Below are positions 11,501-20,708 of a stretch of 64,000 nt of DNA, in pieces (the stretch's first letter is position 1; the number at the start of each line of letters is the position of its first letter). The notes under the pieces are model-generated. The model saw nothing but the letters and a program-made list of their open reading frames with translations. It had not been told where the DNA came from and ran no database searches. The DNA comes from an uncultured virus (IMG/VR IMGVR_UViG_3300028833_000062) (taxonomy: Duplodnaviria; Heunggongvirae; Uroviricota; Caudoviricetes). The stretch is from IMG/VR virus record IMGVR_UViG_3300028833_000062. The stretch is one strand, 5' to 3'. A program made the translations under genes and the position numbers.

Positions 11501-11856
11501 CATTAGATAAATTTGTAAAATCAGTTGATAGAATTGATTTAGTTAAAGTTACAAAAATGACAAGTCTTATGGAAGCAATGAGTAATTTAGCTGATAAGAT
11601 GGGTGGTTTTGATAAACTTGCTGAATTATTAGATGGTGATTTTATAGAAATACTTACTAAACTTAATGATACAGTTAATGAAGCAAAACAAAGTATAGAA
11701 ACATCAGAACGTATTAATAAGCAAAGACAGCAAGAATTAAAGAAGAATATTGAAGAATTCAGTAAACTTATGGATAAGAATATTGTTGTTGGAGTAAGTG
11801 AACTTGATAAAGATGGTAATCTTAAAGTAAGTTCAGAAAAAATAAAAAAGAGTTAA
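5566..11856 (+). CDS. Tape-measure-like protein with a long multi-transmembrane repeat region
   Basis: ~2100 aa, helical; central ~850 aa of hydrophobic helix repeats (IWL.K.A.I....L..IG.IA.GIT.M); repeats G.II.NIAKGVQSYA; next to a tail-tube-like gene; ATG at 5566. Confidence 0.55.
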   Translation: MAKHRDFGTIRVRIQLPSTDEQKAIVGSMPDNLQKIGADIDSAMLAIITGDTSKKPNIGDIAKGFTIGKDGTLFSNIKNINEEITQIKTELTNSNKTLSDIYGLLNSITTKENPESKKSSVLIVDTTKANNLEQILGEVKNLANNSNEVDLDGFINIEKFFIMLNELTNENGIITQAVNNTNNIPNLSKKANKNIHTLTSLFTAINNLIVIDSNKIKSSSDELKASIEYLNKILEDISKLDIDDNIKNVKKTFDSIKSLYDDNVKVTAEAVKNHTADLNTIKLGLDQSYETVITSHDRMSDLDIDDIELTAGDVAGAIALLGVVMLIGGAIIKNNPDLILESVKFGAVLTTFLLELSIPIAVIGVINNRLDASFDSLAELTVFITIASFVMFIGALVVQNKRLVINSLLFGTVFSIFLFVTLGAINIATKNITPELFKDIHKLSWLIITCTFVMLIATKFVESKEIWANALLFGIILGGFIIAVLLPFALYGRLFKKTIEIASGAVQLILVCTLIMVIAAYFVKTKEIWENSLRFSGLLFVFIFATTAPLLFFALLKEKAYEAIDSYRRFIVTSLIIMTLGIIFMNIKGGKYAIDALQFGALLGAFIFATLLPVLLFIPLQKKATSTILVITLFVLSCAAILFMAATIIESGTWKAALLFSVAMGLFITSILLPFKKGVNESITRATLAILSLSVLVFVSGYTIKMVAETVKDNGWGKTLIGAGIFVATLLILVGGIVFISSLIENNINPNKVKAISFTLLSISVLILITSYSLSLLKKSGIELADIGKFAILNAIVIAMVGLIVWISSKADFNNVKNTIMIMGAISLTLLVIVGTLWLLKKAEITKEHLIQIGLIAAGITVMLAIIMVISMIPAKRVLEASKIMFGITFVLALAVGAIWLMKKAKIDETDLKRIGLIAGGITVMTGIIMAISLIPAKNTEAAIGIMLSIGITLALVVGAIWLMKTAQIKEEDLKLIGCIAGGITIMTSIIMGLSAIKSVDAKKAILILASITICLVGLVLTLAYLANSGIDWKHIWMLYAIEGAVVVLTAITIGIGILLEKVKDKGKFYESLFIVSLMTACVIGLALGISEIAKAGVEWKHVLMLGALELAVVALVGLVFAIGAITSIPGVKTLLAIGAVIIAAAVGVVLLIGIAIRKIADAAKEADEVKHPESIGLVLSAFFNSFKDLSLGSTLKLALFGKKIAKTVNRLVEPISKIVEIIKNISSLNVPTGFDKNGNPTGYTRLTPEEFKKTASNITDILMVIPNGVAPAAKSIKKFVKSNKKTDNLLEVISNMGEIISNIAKGVQSYANLAIPSGWDENCKPTGYRLMNEQDFINAGNSIKQILIIIPEAIKNTYGDLKKLIKNNEIDSVIKTCVSIGDIIGNIAKGVQSYAKLLIPKDYDENGKPKRYELMTKKDFKDAGEAISEIMLTMTKGVINAYKEYETIMTPSKFKKIIKSFSPIGELISNMSKGIKDIIELEIPIYDENGNVVGKQKLNENDFTDLKTNLNILMTGTSQSIVDIADNMKNSDLDPSSKKFKAIIESFVPIGEFISKLATGIKDYASATYTDENGKKIHVTPEYIQEAGTNISTLLTTVTNSLIDYYNDPKYTKLFDKDIIKNIGTQYKEITEVISSIIDSIKKIGEIKNDIIITSLNNLNTIFNGTKKDKSDSLINIICSAFSDNISYDSNKLKTIQTIFTDLFDTINILNKNLTENEIKNIPEQKIIAIIDSITNIINKFKPGDSFWDDNKNVLNIANKFKTFDLINGYISSSIKKISKLIDNIDKLNINNLYYEEVNDENKETKNKINKITKVLNSISNITNILNSNTNVKIDREKINKLKKELGLIDNLIDVLKNSFKKLNKFNKAYETDNNFDNISIAIKKFNIAFANIKKELEGDPKNNIPGLSNESIKNLAKLEYKVETFSNIVRDLIKASSDSIKNPKLFEQIGQGISTINSKLNEVNSNNAEKIDNEVRSLDKFVKSVDRIDLVKVTKMTSLMEAMSNLADKMGGFDKLAELLDGDFIEILTKLNDTVNEAKQSIETSERINKQRQQELKKNIEEFSKLMDKNIVVGVSELDKDGNLKVSSEKIKKS

Positions 11857-11859
11857 TGT

Positions 11860-12030
11860 ATGAAAGTATTTAATATATATCATAAAAATGAAAAATTAAA
11901 TCATAGACCATTAACAGATAAAGATGTATTAGGTATTAAAGAAAAGAATTTTATTTTAAAAAAAGAAAATAATAGAATTGTAAAAATACCTTTACAAGAA
12001 ATAAAAATAATTAAATGTACATTAATATAA
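11860..12030 (+). CDS. Small hypothetical protein (56 aa, not in ORF track)
   Basis: MKVFNIYHKNEKLNHRPL...IIKCTLI fills the gap between two co-oriented genes exactly. Confidence 0.6.
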   Translation: MKVFNIYHKNEKLNHRPLTDKDVLGIKEKNFILKKENNRIVKIPLQEIKIIKCTLI

Positions 12031-12031
12031 T

Positions 12032-12679
12032 ATGTTTACACTAAGAGGAAGACAAGATAATTTTAGGTTAATATTTCCTAAAGAGTTTATTGTACCAGAA
12101 ATTGAAGAGAAATATGCAAAAATACTTCAAGATAAACATAGTTTTATATATACACCGATTGACTTTGTAAATGAAACAATACAGAGTGTACAAGTATTAG
12201 GTTTTCAAGAAGCTACTGTTGAACAACTTCAACCTGGTAGAGGAACATATACAGATAATCCAAATAGAATTAATCAGAATAGATTTATGCATACTACATC
12301 AAGTGTAAATTATCGTTCTGAGAAAAATCCAATTGATTTAATTGATAAGACTCTTAATGTACAATTCAGGCATACTCTTGGATTTGTTAATTATTTTTTA
12401 TTATTTGAGAATTTCTTTTATCTTTATGCTAGAGATACTAAATATGATCAAATGATTCCAAATTTATTTATAGATATAATGGATAATATTGGAAATGTAT
12501 ATTCTAGAATAGAAATCATTAAACCAATAATTAGTGGTATTGATATGCTTGATTTAAATTTTACACAGCCTCTTGCACAAAGTCAGACATTCAAAATTGA
12601 ATTTAAATATTCTAATTTAGATTTCCAATTTATATCTAATGATGATTCACAAGAAAAAAATGTAATTACTTATATTTAA
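12032..12679 (+). CDS. Tail tube / tail completion (T4 gp3/gp19-like fold) protein
   Basis: Pattern LNVQF...I.IMDN.G....I....P.IS.I..L.LNF......F.IEF.Y resembles T4 tail-tube family proteins; follows the tape-measure-like gene. Confidence 0.5.
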   Translation: MFTLRGRQDNFRLIFPKEFIVPEIEEKYAKILQDKHSFIYTPIDFVNETIQSVQVLGFQEATVEQLQPGRGTYTDNPNRINQNRFMHTTSSVNYRSEKNPIDLIDKTLNVQFRHTLGFVNYFLLFENFFYLYARDTKYDQMIPNLFIDIMDNIGNVYSRIEIIKPIISGIDMLDLNFTQPLAQSQTFKIEFKYSNLDFQFISNDDSQEKNVITYI

Positions 12680-12763
12680 TCCTGGAAAGTTAATAAATTT
12701 TTAATTTCTTGCTACTTATTTTTAGCCTGGTCGCGCTAAAATATAAAAAACATATAATATATT

Positions 12764-12815
12764 AAAGAACAGTTTATTTTATCCTAAAAACGATTTAAAT
12801 AAATTGTTCTTTTTT
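12764..12815 (+). terminator. Probable terminator hairpin
   Basis: aaagaacagtttattt ... aaataaattgttcttttttt inverted repeat with T tract. Confidence 0.6.
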
Positions 12816-12879
12816 ATTGTCTTTTTATATTTTATTTTTCTATATTAAAAATGTATGAAAAATATATATTAATTATAAT

Positions 12880-14124
12880 ATGATATTAAATCAAGGTTTA
12901 GCATATACAGATTTGACAATTGTACCAGCTGTTATTAGTGATGTTGATAGTAGAAAAGAATGTAATATCTTTTATGAAGATGGAAATCTTCCTATTTTTA
13001 CATCTCCAATGATGACTGTAGTTAATGAACATAATTATAAAATTTATAAAGATAATAAAATTAATGTAATTCTTCCAAGAACTATTAAGTATAAAGAAAG
13101 AATTGATTTTCTTAATAATGGTGAATGGGTTGCATTTTCTTTAAAAGAATTTAAAAGATTATTCTGTTATTTACCTGAAGATCCTGTTCAAAATGTCTTT
13201 AAACAAGAAAAGGATAAAGAATATAAAGTATTAATTGATATGGCTGATGGTCATATGCATTCTTTATATAAAACAACTTTTGAAGCAAAAAGAATTGCAA
13301 AAAATTATGGATATAAACTTACTATAATGGTAGGTAATATAGCTAATCCTATGACATATCGTTGGATATGTGAGAATACTTATGTAGATTATGTTCGTCT
13401 TGCTATTGGAAGTGGTGCAAATTGTATTACAGCTTCTAATACTGGTGTTCATTATCCTATTGCCACTCTTATTGATCAATGTAAGCAGATTAAAGAAGAA
13501 CTTAAAGGAAATATGGATTATTATGAACCAGGTACAGATTATATAGATGTAAAATGTTTACCATATCTTGTAGCAGATGGTGGTATCAAGAATTATTGTG
13601 ATATTAATAAAGCTCTTGCTCTTGGTGCTGATTATGTAATGATTGGTTCTTTATTTGGACAACTTCTTGAAAGTAGTGCAGATATGATTATTGAGTCAAG
13701 AGATAATGCTCAATATCCTGCAATTTATGATAATGAAGTAGGTAAGGTAGTTTATTATACTTCTTATGGTTCAAAGAAACTTAATATTTGGAATGGAAAT
13801 ACTGAAGAAGAAAAACGTACATTTATTCGTTCAGTAAAAAGTATTAAGAAGAGACTTATTGGTATGTCTACTAAGGAAGCTCAGATTGCTATTGCCAGAT
13901 GTCTTGAAGAACCTCAGGAATTAACTCCAGATATGTTAAAGACAAGTGAAGGTATTACTACATTTGTTGAATGTAAATATACACTTTCACAGTGGCTTGA
14001 GAATATGATGGATTATCTTAAGAGTGGAATGAGTTATTGTAATTGTTTTACTCTTGAAGAATTTAAGAATAATTGTGATTTAATTATTAATTCACCAGCA
14101 GAAATACAAGCAGTAAATAAGTAA
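12880..14124 (+). CDS. IMP dehydrogenase / GMP reductase family protein
   Basis: SPM.TV, IDMADGH, GNIA, IGSGANCIT (catalytic Cys loop), ADGGI, ALALGADYVMIGS. Confidence 0.85.
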   Translation: MILNQGLAYTDLTIVPAVISDVDSRKECNIFYEDGNLPIFTSPMMTVVNEHNYKIYKDNKINVILPRTIKYKERIDFLNNGEWVAFSLKEFKRLFCYLPEDPVQNVFKQEKDKEYKVLIDMADGHMHSLYKTTFEAKRIAKNYGYKLTIMVGNIANPMTYRWICENTYVDYVRLAIGSGANCITASNTGVHYPIATLIDQCKQIKEELKGNMDYYEPGTDYIDVKCLPYLVADGGIKNYCDINKALALGADYVMIGSLFGQLLESSADMIIESRDNAQYPAIYDNEVGKVVYYTSYGSKKLNIWNGNTEEEKRTFIRSVKSIKKRLIGMSTKEAQIAIARCLEEPQELTPDMLKTSEGITTFVECKYTLSQWLENMMDYLKSGMSYCNCFTLEEFKNNCDLIINSPAEIQAVNK

Positions 14125-14125
14125 T

Positions 14126-14482
14126 ATGATTACAGAAGATTATGTCTCATATGAGATTGCCAAACTCTTAAAAGATAAGGGATTTGATGAGTCATGTTTA
14201 ATGTGCTATACTTCAGACAAAAAATTAGGAAATTATGGACATTATAAAAGTTGTAAGAATAGTGATGTTTTTGCATTAACTGCACCAACTATTCAAAAGG
14301 CAATGAAGTGGTTAAGGAAAGTCCATAACATTGATATATCAGTGACTCCTGATAGAAAGAATGGTTATTCAGTTTTAATATTTAAGGATAAACGATTACC
14401 ATTCGATACTCTTGATTCGTATTCTACTTACGAACAAGTCTGTGAAGTTGCTATAAAATATTGTTTACAAAATTTAATATGA
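14126..14482 (+). CDS. Hypothetical phage protein
   Basis: EDYVS.EIAKLLK.KGF...APT...A.KWLR..HNI pattern recalled from Bacteroidota phages. Confidence 0.6.
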   Translation: MITEDYVSYEIAKLLKDKGFDESCLMCYTSDKKLGNYGHYKSCKNSDVFALTAPTIQKAMKWLRKVHNIDISVTPDRKNGYSVLIFKDKRLPFDTLDSYSTYEQVCEVAIKYCLQNLI

Positions 14483-14826
14483 TATCAAAAGATTTTAATA
14501 AAAAATTCTTATTCAATAGAGATGAAACTGGAAGATTTATTGTAAAGTCTATTAATACTGGTAAATCTTATTATGTTGAAACTATTGATGATGAAGAAAA
14601 AAGTTATTGGGGAGATTATGATCCAGCAAGTAAGAAATTTACTGGTAATTATGGATTTAAATATAAAGGTAGTATTAAGGAAGAAGAATCATTAATTACA
14701 AAAGAAAATGGTTTTGAAAAAATTCATGTTCTTAAACCAGGAGAATCTCCACTTGATTATATAAATAGAATTGATACTGAATATTATGAAAATACCAGAA
14801 GAAACATATCTAAAATGGATGAATGA
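14479..14826 (+). CDS. Hypothetical protein
   Basis: ATGA overlap with the upstream stop; open frame. Confidence 0.65.
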   Translation: MISKDFNKKFLFNRDETGRFIVKSINTGKSYYVETIDDEEKSYWGDYDPASKKFTGNYGFKYKGSIKEEESLITKENGFEKIHVLKPGESPLDYINRIDTEYYENTRRNISKMDE

Positions 14827-15091
14827 TTATTTTCATTGTGCAGATAAAGAAGTAGAAAATAATTATCAAATTTGGAAAGATTTTTTAATTGAATCAAAAA
14901 ATAATGATAAATTATTCAGTGTATGGAATGCAATGATAGAAGGTAGACTTGGTATGCATGTAAGAAATTATATGAGAGAAAATCATCCTGAAATTGATTA
15001 TGATATTCAGAATTATGGATTTTTTGAAGATTATTCTTGGGAATTAATACAAAAACTTGTAGATAAAATAGAAAAAGGAGAGATTAATTAA
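14786..15091 (+). CDS. Hypothetical protein
   Basis: Open frame ending in a terminator (aggagag...ctctccttttt). Confidence 0.6.
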   Translation: MKIPEETYLKWMNDYFHCADKEVENNYQIWKDFLIESKNNDKLFSVWNAMIEGRLGMHVRNYMRENHPEIDYDIQNYGFFEDYSWELIQKLVDKIEKGEIN

Positions 15092-15194
15092 AACCTCTCC
15101 TTTTTTTAAGTTATTATAGCATATTTACATATATTTAAAAATAAACTTAAATATTTCTATATTATTAAATATAATAATTATATATTGGATAGTT

Positions 15195-15701
15195 ATGCTT
15201 ATAGAACAAATGATGAATAAAAGAGATATTGCTACTAATATTTCTGTTATATTTCAGAATATATTTGGTAAAGATATTTCTGGAGTTTTTATGATAGAAG
15301 ATCTTGAAACACGAAATAATCAAGAGTTTAGAGAGTATATATTAAGTGAAATGTCTAGACTTAATTTAGATATTATGATATTTACTGGTTGGGCATTTAC
15401 AAAAGATTTATTTCATAAATTAATATCATATAAAAATTTTGAAGAAAATGATCAGTCTACAGAATTAAGAGTACTTATATTTCCAGAAATATTAAGTATT
15501 ATTGTTTTTAAGAATGTAGATGTAATGAAATCTTCAATTAAGAAGCTTACACAAGAACATAAATTATGTTCAGATATTAATATTAAGAATATAGTAGAAT
15601 TAGATAATGGTATTGAAATAAATTATTATACAAATACTGTAACTAAATTATTTGAAGAAAAACCAAAATCATTACAAGAAATTATTGAAACAGATGAATA
15701 A
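15195..15701 (+). CDS. Hypothetical protein
   Basis: Open frame behind the class-1 motif at 15157. Confidence 0.65.
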   Translation: MLIEQMMNKRDIATNISVIFQNIFGKDISGVFMIEDLETRNNQEFREYILSEMSRLNLDIMIFTGWAFTKDLFHKLISYKNFEENDQSTELRVLIFPEILSIIVFKNVDVMKSSIKKLTQEHKLCSDINIKNIVELDNGIEINYYTNTVTKLFEEKPKSLQEIIETDE

Positions 15702-16503
15702 GATACTTATAATACCTGATGTACATGGTCGTTCTTTTTGGAAAGAAGAAGTATATAGAGTAATTGAAAATGAAAAGGATACTCATATAGTTTTTCTTGG
15801 TGATTATATTGATCCATATTCTTATGAAGGAATATTTCCAGAAGATGGTATTGCTGCTCTTGAAGAAATTATTGATTTAAAGATAAAATATAAGGATCAA
15901 ATAACTCTTCTTCTTGGTAATCATGATTGTGGTTATATTTGGGATAGTGTATGTAGAGCAAGAAGAAGTGTAAAATATTATAAAGATATAAATCATTTAT
16001 TAGTATCTAATTTATCATTATTTGATTTAGCATATAAAGTAGAATTTGGTAATAAGAAATATCTTTTTACTCATGCTGGTGTACATAAAGTATGGATAGA
16101 TAGATTTATTGATTATTTAAATGTTAAAATTGGATATAATGATATTGATTTCTTTTTAAATAATGCTCTTCATGTAGATACATATTCAGATGCTCTTGAA
16201 TCTTTTCTTGGTGAGTATTCTTATTTCAGATCATATTTTGGACCAGATTATGGTTCATGTATATGGGCAGATGTAAGAGAATTATCTGAAGAACTTCCTC
16301 ATAGAAAAAAAGATAAAGAACTTGGATATTTTCAAATATTTGGTCATACTCAATTAGAAAATGAACCGATTATTCAAGATGGATTTGCATGTCTTGATGT
16401 AAGAAGGTATTTTTATTTAACAGATGAAAATAAACTATTAGATCCTAAACATCCTACATGTGAATGGGAATATGATTTAAATAATTTAGATAAGAAGCAA
16501 TAA
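15694..16503 (+). CDS. Calcineurin-like metallophosphoesterase
   Basis: DVHG, GDYID, GNHD, THAG and FGHT motifs; ATG at 15694. Confidence 0.9.
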   Translation: MNKILIIPDVHGRSFWKEEVYRVIENEKDTHIVFLGDYIDPYSYEGIFPEDGIAALEEIIDLKIKYKDQITLLLGNHDCGYIWDSVCRARRSVKYYKDINHLLVSNLSLFDLAYKVEFGNKKYLFTHAGVHKVWIDRFIDYLNVKIGYNDIDFFLNNALHVDTYSDALESFLGEYSYFRSYFGPDYGSCIWADVRELSEELPHRKKDKELGYFQIFGHTQLENEPIIQDGFACLDVRRYFYLTDENKLLDPKHPTCEWEYDLNNLDKKQ

Positions 16504-16557
16504 TGAATATTGCTTCTATTTTTTTCTATATTATTATATATTTTAGATAGTATAGTT

Positions 16558-18438
16558 ATGATTAGTCGTCAAGAAGTAGAATATAATGTTAATGATTTTG
16601 TATCTAAGAATTTAGATAATTTTTCTTTTAGAGAATATCAAAAAGAAACAATTGTTGATATAATTCTTAATATACTTAATCATGAACATAAAAATTATAT
16701 TGTAGAAGCTCCAACAGGAAGTGGTAAATCATTAATTAATATTATATCTGCTTGTGTATTAAGAAATTATTATAAAATTACATCATATATACTTGTATCA
16801 GATTTGTATCTTTGGGAACAGTATGAAAATTTTTTGAAAAAGAATAAACAATTAAATATTGCTTCTCTTAAAGGACAGACTGGTAATTATTGTTGTGCTA
16901 TAAATGGTGAAGATATACGTCATGGTGATTGTAGATTAGCTGGTCTTTCTTGGGCAAGTTTATTTAATAAAACAACAATAGAAAGATATGGATATGATTG
17001 TGCATATACATGTGAATATGTAAATGCTAGAAGAAAAGCAACTAAATCAGAAATATGTATTATGACATATCAGCTTTTCTTATTTATTATGAACAATCCT
17101 CAATTTAATAGTGATGGAAAAGGAGGATTTATGTTTCCTCCTCATGATGTATTATTCTGTGATGAGTGTCATAATATTCCAGGTATTGTTCAAATGGAAT
17201 ATGCTCCTACTATTGTAGAAAATGATTTTGATAAATTATGTTTAATATTTGACAGATATTTTAATAAGAAATTTAATCTTTTTGAAGATAAACAAAGTGA
17301 TATATTATTAGATACTTTTCCTTATAAGACATCTTCAGAAATGAAAGAAGATATGATTAAATTTTGGAATACATGGACTAATCCAGAATCAAGAAAAGAT
17401 GAGGATTATGAATGTATGAAAAAATATGTCAATATTATTATGAAATTAGGAGAATTTTCTAAGGACATTGAATTAGAAATTTCTACTAAGAAACTAAATA
17501 AAGAGAATATCACAAAAGAAGATATGAAAATTTATAAAGTTTCTAGTTGGTATGCTAATTATTGGTGTCATTGGGAAGATTTTCTTGATGCTATAAAAAA
17601 TACTAGTACAGATTATCTTCTTAAAGATATTACAATAGCAAATGATGATAATCATGTTTCTGTATCATTTAAATGTACAAAAGAAGATTATCTTGTTTAT
17701 AGATATTTATTAAGTAAAGCGAACTATAAAGTATTTTGTTCTGCTACTATTGGTGGTAAAGATGCATATGATGAAAATATGGGATTTAGATATGATGTTG
17801 ATGAAAATCGTTCTGAAGAATTAAATAAATCAAAATCAGTTAAAGTTCCATCTACATTTGATTTTACTAAATCTCCTATTCATTTTTTGAATAAATTTAA
17901 AATGTCATTTAAAGATAAAGAAATTTCTTTTTATCATTTAAAGAATGTAATTTATTCAATATGCAATACTAAGTTTAAAGATCAAAAAGGAATGATTCAA
18001 ACTGGTTCATATTATTTTGCTAAGAAATTATATGATGAAGCTCCTTTTGAAATTAAACAAAGAATGCTTGTTTATAGTGGTTCTAAAGAAAAGAATACAA
18101 TGATTCAAATTCATCAGATGAGTACAAATACTATTCTTGTTGGACCAACATTAAATACTGGTATTGACCTTCCTGGAGATGAATGTAGATTTATCATTAT
18201 ACTTAAAGTACCATATCCAAGTATGGCTGATAAACTTGTAAAAGAAAAGATTAAGTTATTTCCTCTTTGGTATAATTCAAGTACAAGTAATGAGATAATC
18301 CAAGGTATTGGTCGTGGTGTACGTTATGATGGTGATTGGTGTGTAACTTATATACTTGATGCTTGTTTCTGGAATTTATATTTAAGTACAAAAGAACAAT
18401 ATCCAGAAGAATTACAAAAAAGAATAAATATAATATAA
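16558..18438 (+). CDS. DinG/XPD (Rad3)-like SF2 helicase
   Basis: Q motif REYQ, APTGSGKS, Cys cluster (possible Fe-S), DECH, SAT, TGIDLPG, QGIGRGVR..D. Confidence 0.85.
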   Translation: MISRQEVEYNVNDFVSKNLDNFSFREYQKETIVDIILNILNHEHKNYIVEAPTGSGKSLINIISACVLRNYYKITSYILVSDLYLWEQYENFLKKNKQLNIASLKGQTGNYCCAINGEDIRHGDCRLAGLSWASLFNKTTIERYGYDCAYTCEYVNARRKATKSEICIMTYQLFLFIMNNPQFNSDGKGGFMFPPHDVLFCDECHNIPGIVQMEYAPTIVENDFDKLCLIFDRYFNKKFNLFEDKQSDILLDTFPYKTSSEMKEDMIKFWNTWTNPESRKDEDYECMKKYVNIIMKLGEFSKDIELEISTKKLNKENITKEDMKIYKVSSWYANYWCHWEDFLDAIKNTSTDYLLKDITIANDDNHVSVSFKCTKEDYLVYRYLLSKANYKVFCSATIGGKDAYDENMGFRYDVDENRSEELNKSKSVKVPSTFDFTKSPIHFLNKFKMSFKDKEISFYHLKNVIYSICNTKFKDQKGMIQTGSYYFAKKLYDEAPFEIKQRMLVYSGSKEKNTMIQIHQMSTNTILVGPTLNTGIDLPGDECRFIIILKVPYPSMADKLVKEKIKLFPLWYNSSTSNEIIQGIGRGVRYDGDWCVTYILDACFWNLYLSTKEQYPEELQKRINII

Positions 18439-18439
18439 T

Positions 18440-18769
18440 ATGGAAAATTTTAATGATATATTACCAGGACAATATATATGGTTTTCTGATGAAGGAAATG
18501 TAGGTCAATATAAAGTTGTTGATATTGATAAAAAGAATAATAAATTAGTTTATAATAATGGTGATAAAGATATAGAAATTCCATTTGATTATAAATCATC
18601 AAAATGTGATAAATTTTATGCAAATGGAAGTGATGCTTTTGATAATGCTAGAGAATATGCAAATAAATATTATAAAATATTAAATCCTGGTACTATAAAT
18701 GCTCATACAGTATATAAATCACCAGAAGAAATATCTATACAAAATGTTAAACAAATGTTATTTGATTAA
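18440..18769 (+). CDS. Hypothetical protein
   Basis: Open frame in a tight operon. Confidence 0.6.
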   Translation: MENFNDILPGQYIWFSDEGNVGQYKVVDIDKKNNKLVYNNGDKDIEIPFDYKSSKCDKFYANGSDAFDNAREYANKYYKILNPGTINAHTVYKSPEEISIQNVKQMLFD

Positions 18770-18771
18770 TT

Positions 18772-19305
18772 ATGGATGCAAAAGAATATAAAATTACAAT
18801 TAAAGAATTAAGAGAACAAAGAGATTTCTATCAAAAAGAAGCAAACAGACTTGCTAAAGAAATGGATGAACTTGTAAATTCAATTAATAAAGAAACAGTT
18901 AATTGGATGATTGGTAAATATCTTAAGATTGATAGAAGAAATACAGGTGGTTATCTTGAATTCTTTTATGTTGATAATATAGATACACGTCCAAGAGGAT
19001 ATACACTTTATGGAAAGGGTTTTGATATAAGTGAGATTGTAATAAAAATAAATGATACATGTACATTATTTGTAGAAGATGGGAATCTTGATTGTATTTC
19101 AGAAATAACTAAAGATGATTTTTATAAAGCATTTGATGAATATGTTAAATTATTTAGAGAAAAACTAAATGATATTAAAAATTATAAATCTTTAGGAAAT
19201 CAATTTGCATTTAAAAATTCTATGATAAGTGCAACATTAGAACTTAAAGATAAAAATTCATTCTCAAATAAAATACTTGAAGTATTAAAAATAAATGAAG
19301 AATAA
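18772..19305 (+). CDS. Hypothetical protein
   Basis: Open frame in a tight operon. Confidence 0.6.
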   Translation: MDAKEYKITIKELREQRDFYQKEANRLAKEMDELVNSINKETVNWMIGKYLKIDRRNTGGYLEFFYVDNIDTRPRGYTLYGKGFDISEIVIKINDTCTLFVEDGNLDCISEITKDDFYKAFDEYVKLFREKLNDIKNYKSLGNQFAFKNSMISATLELKDKNSFSNKILEVLKINEE

Positions 19306-19307
19306 TT

Positions 19308-19691
19308 ATGAATCCAATACCTTTGAATAATGAAACCATGGGATTTAACCAAGAAGTTTATTTTGATATTCTAAAACAAAGAGAAACTATATTAAAGACT
19401 GAAGAAGAAAATAAAAAGAAAAGAAAAGAATATTTAAAATTAACAGAACCACTTAGAAAAGAACTTGAAAATCTAAGGAAAGAAGAATTAGAAAAATTAA
19501 TGTTAAATAAAAAATTTATAAGATATTGTAAAATTGGAAAAGAAAGTGGTTTTTTAACAAAAGATTATCATATTCAAAGATCTACGGGTGGTTGTGGATT
19601 TGAAGATATTGATTTGATTTATGAATATGGTTCTAAAGAATATAAAAAGAAGGTAAAAGAAATAATTAATAAGATTAATCAAATTAAATAG
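19308..19691 (+). CDS. Hypothetical protein
   Basis: Open frame in a tight operon. Confidence 0.6.
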   Translation: MNPIPLNNETMGFNQEVYFDILKQRETILKTEEENKKKRKEYLKLTEPLRKELENLRKEELEKLMLNKKFIRYCKIGKESGFLTKDYHIQRSTGGCGFEDIDLIYEYGSKEYKKKVKEIINKINQIK

Positions 19692-19693
19692 TT

Positions 19694-20083
19694 ATGGTAA
19701 GGAAAAAGTCTTATAAAATTTTTGAAATGGATTATCTTAAACATGCAGATTTAACTGAAGATGATCTTTATTATCTTTTTGAAACTTCAAGTCTTAATTA
19801 TTCTTTTTTGATTGATGAGTTTAAAAGAACTAACCAAGAAATAACTGATGAAAAAAAGATAATCAATCTTGTTAAAAATGATAAAGATTGGATGTATAAG
19901 TATTTTTGGACATCTAAGCAAAGAGAAGAATTTGAAAAAGATGTTAAAGAAGCATATATAAATATAAGACGATGTGGAAAAGAAGAAGCAGAAAGTTCTA
20001 CACAATTTTGGATTATTATGTATGGACTTACAGATTCTAAATTAAGAAACAATAAAAATATTTCTAAATTATGTGATGATTGA
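19694..20083 (+). CDS. Hypothetical protein
   Basis: Open frame in a tight operon. Confidence 0.6.
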   Translation: MVRKKSYKIFEMDYLKHADLTEDDLYYLFETSSLNYSFLIDEFKRTNQEITDEKKIINLVKNDKDWMYKYFWTSKQREEFEKDVKEAYINIRRCGKEEAESSTQFWIIMYGLTDSKLRNNKNISKLCDD

Positions 20084-20708
20084 TATATATGTTGGAATTG
20101 ATCCTTCAATAAATTCATCAGGTATTACATGTATGGCATATGAAAATAATACATTAATACGTGAGATGTTTTATATTATAAAACCAGATAAATTAACAAA
20201 GAAAGAAGATAAAGCTGAACAAGACAATATTAATAGGTTTATGTATGTTATATATAATAAACCAGAATATGATAAAGAAAATAATCATGCTGTTGAATAT
20301 TATAAAACATTAATATTTAAAGAAATACTTAATAATATTGAAGAAGTAATTAAAAAATTTATTATTCAAGTAACAGATAATAAACCTTATAATTTATATA
20401 TTTGCCAAGAAGGTATTTCATATGGATCTTCAATAAGAACAAAATCTGTATTTGATTTAGCTGGATTAAATTTCTTATTAAGAATGATGGTAATAATTAA
20501 ATTTGATATTACATTCTTTTTAATTGCTACTCCAAGTGAAATAAAAAAGAAAACATCTGGAAATGGTAATTGCAAAAAAGAAGTAATGATAGATTTATTT
20601 AAAGCTTGCAGACCAGATTTTGATTTACCTAAAATTGATGATATTGCTGATTCATTTTGGATGGCAAATTATATTAAAAATTTACATGAAGAAGGAATAG
20701 TACAATGA
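20076..20708 (+). CDS. RuvC-like Holliday junction resolvase
   Basis: VGIDPS..SSG, ICQEG, P.EIKK...G.G...K, DDIADS acidic catalytic pattern. Confidence 0.8.
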   Translation: MIDIYVGIDPSINSSGITCMAYENNTLIREMFYIIKPDKLTKKEDKAEQDNINRFMYVIYNKPEYDKENNHAVEYYKTLIFKEILNNIEEVIKKFIIQVTDNKPYNLYICQEGISYGSSIRTKSVFDLAGLNFLLRMMVIIKFDITFFLIATPSEIKKKTSGNGNCKKEVMIDLFKACRPDFDLPKIDDIADSFWMANYIKNLHEEGIVQ

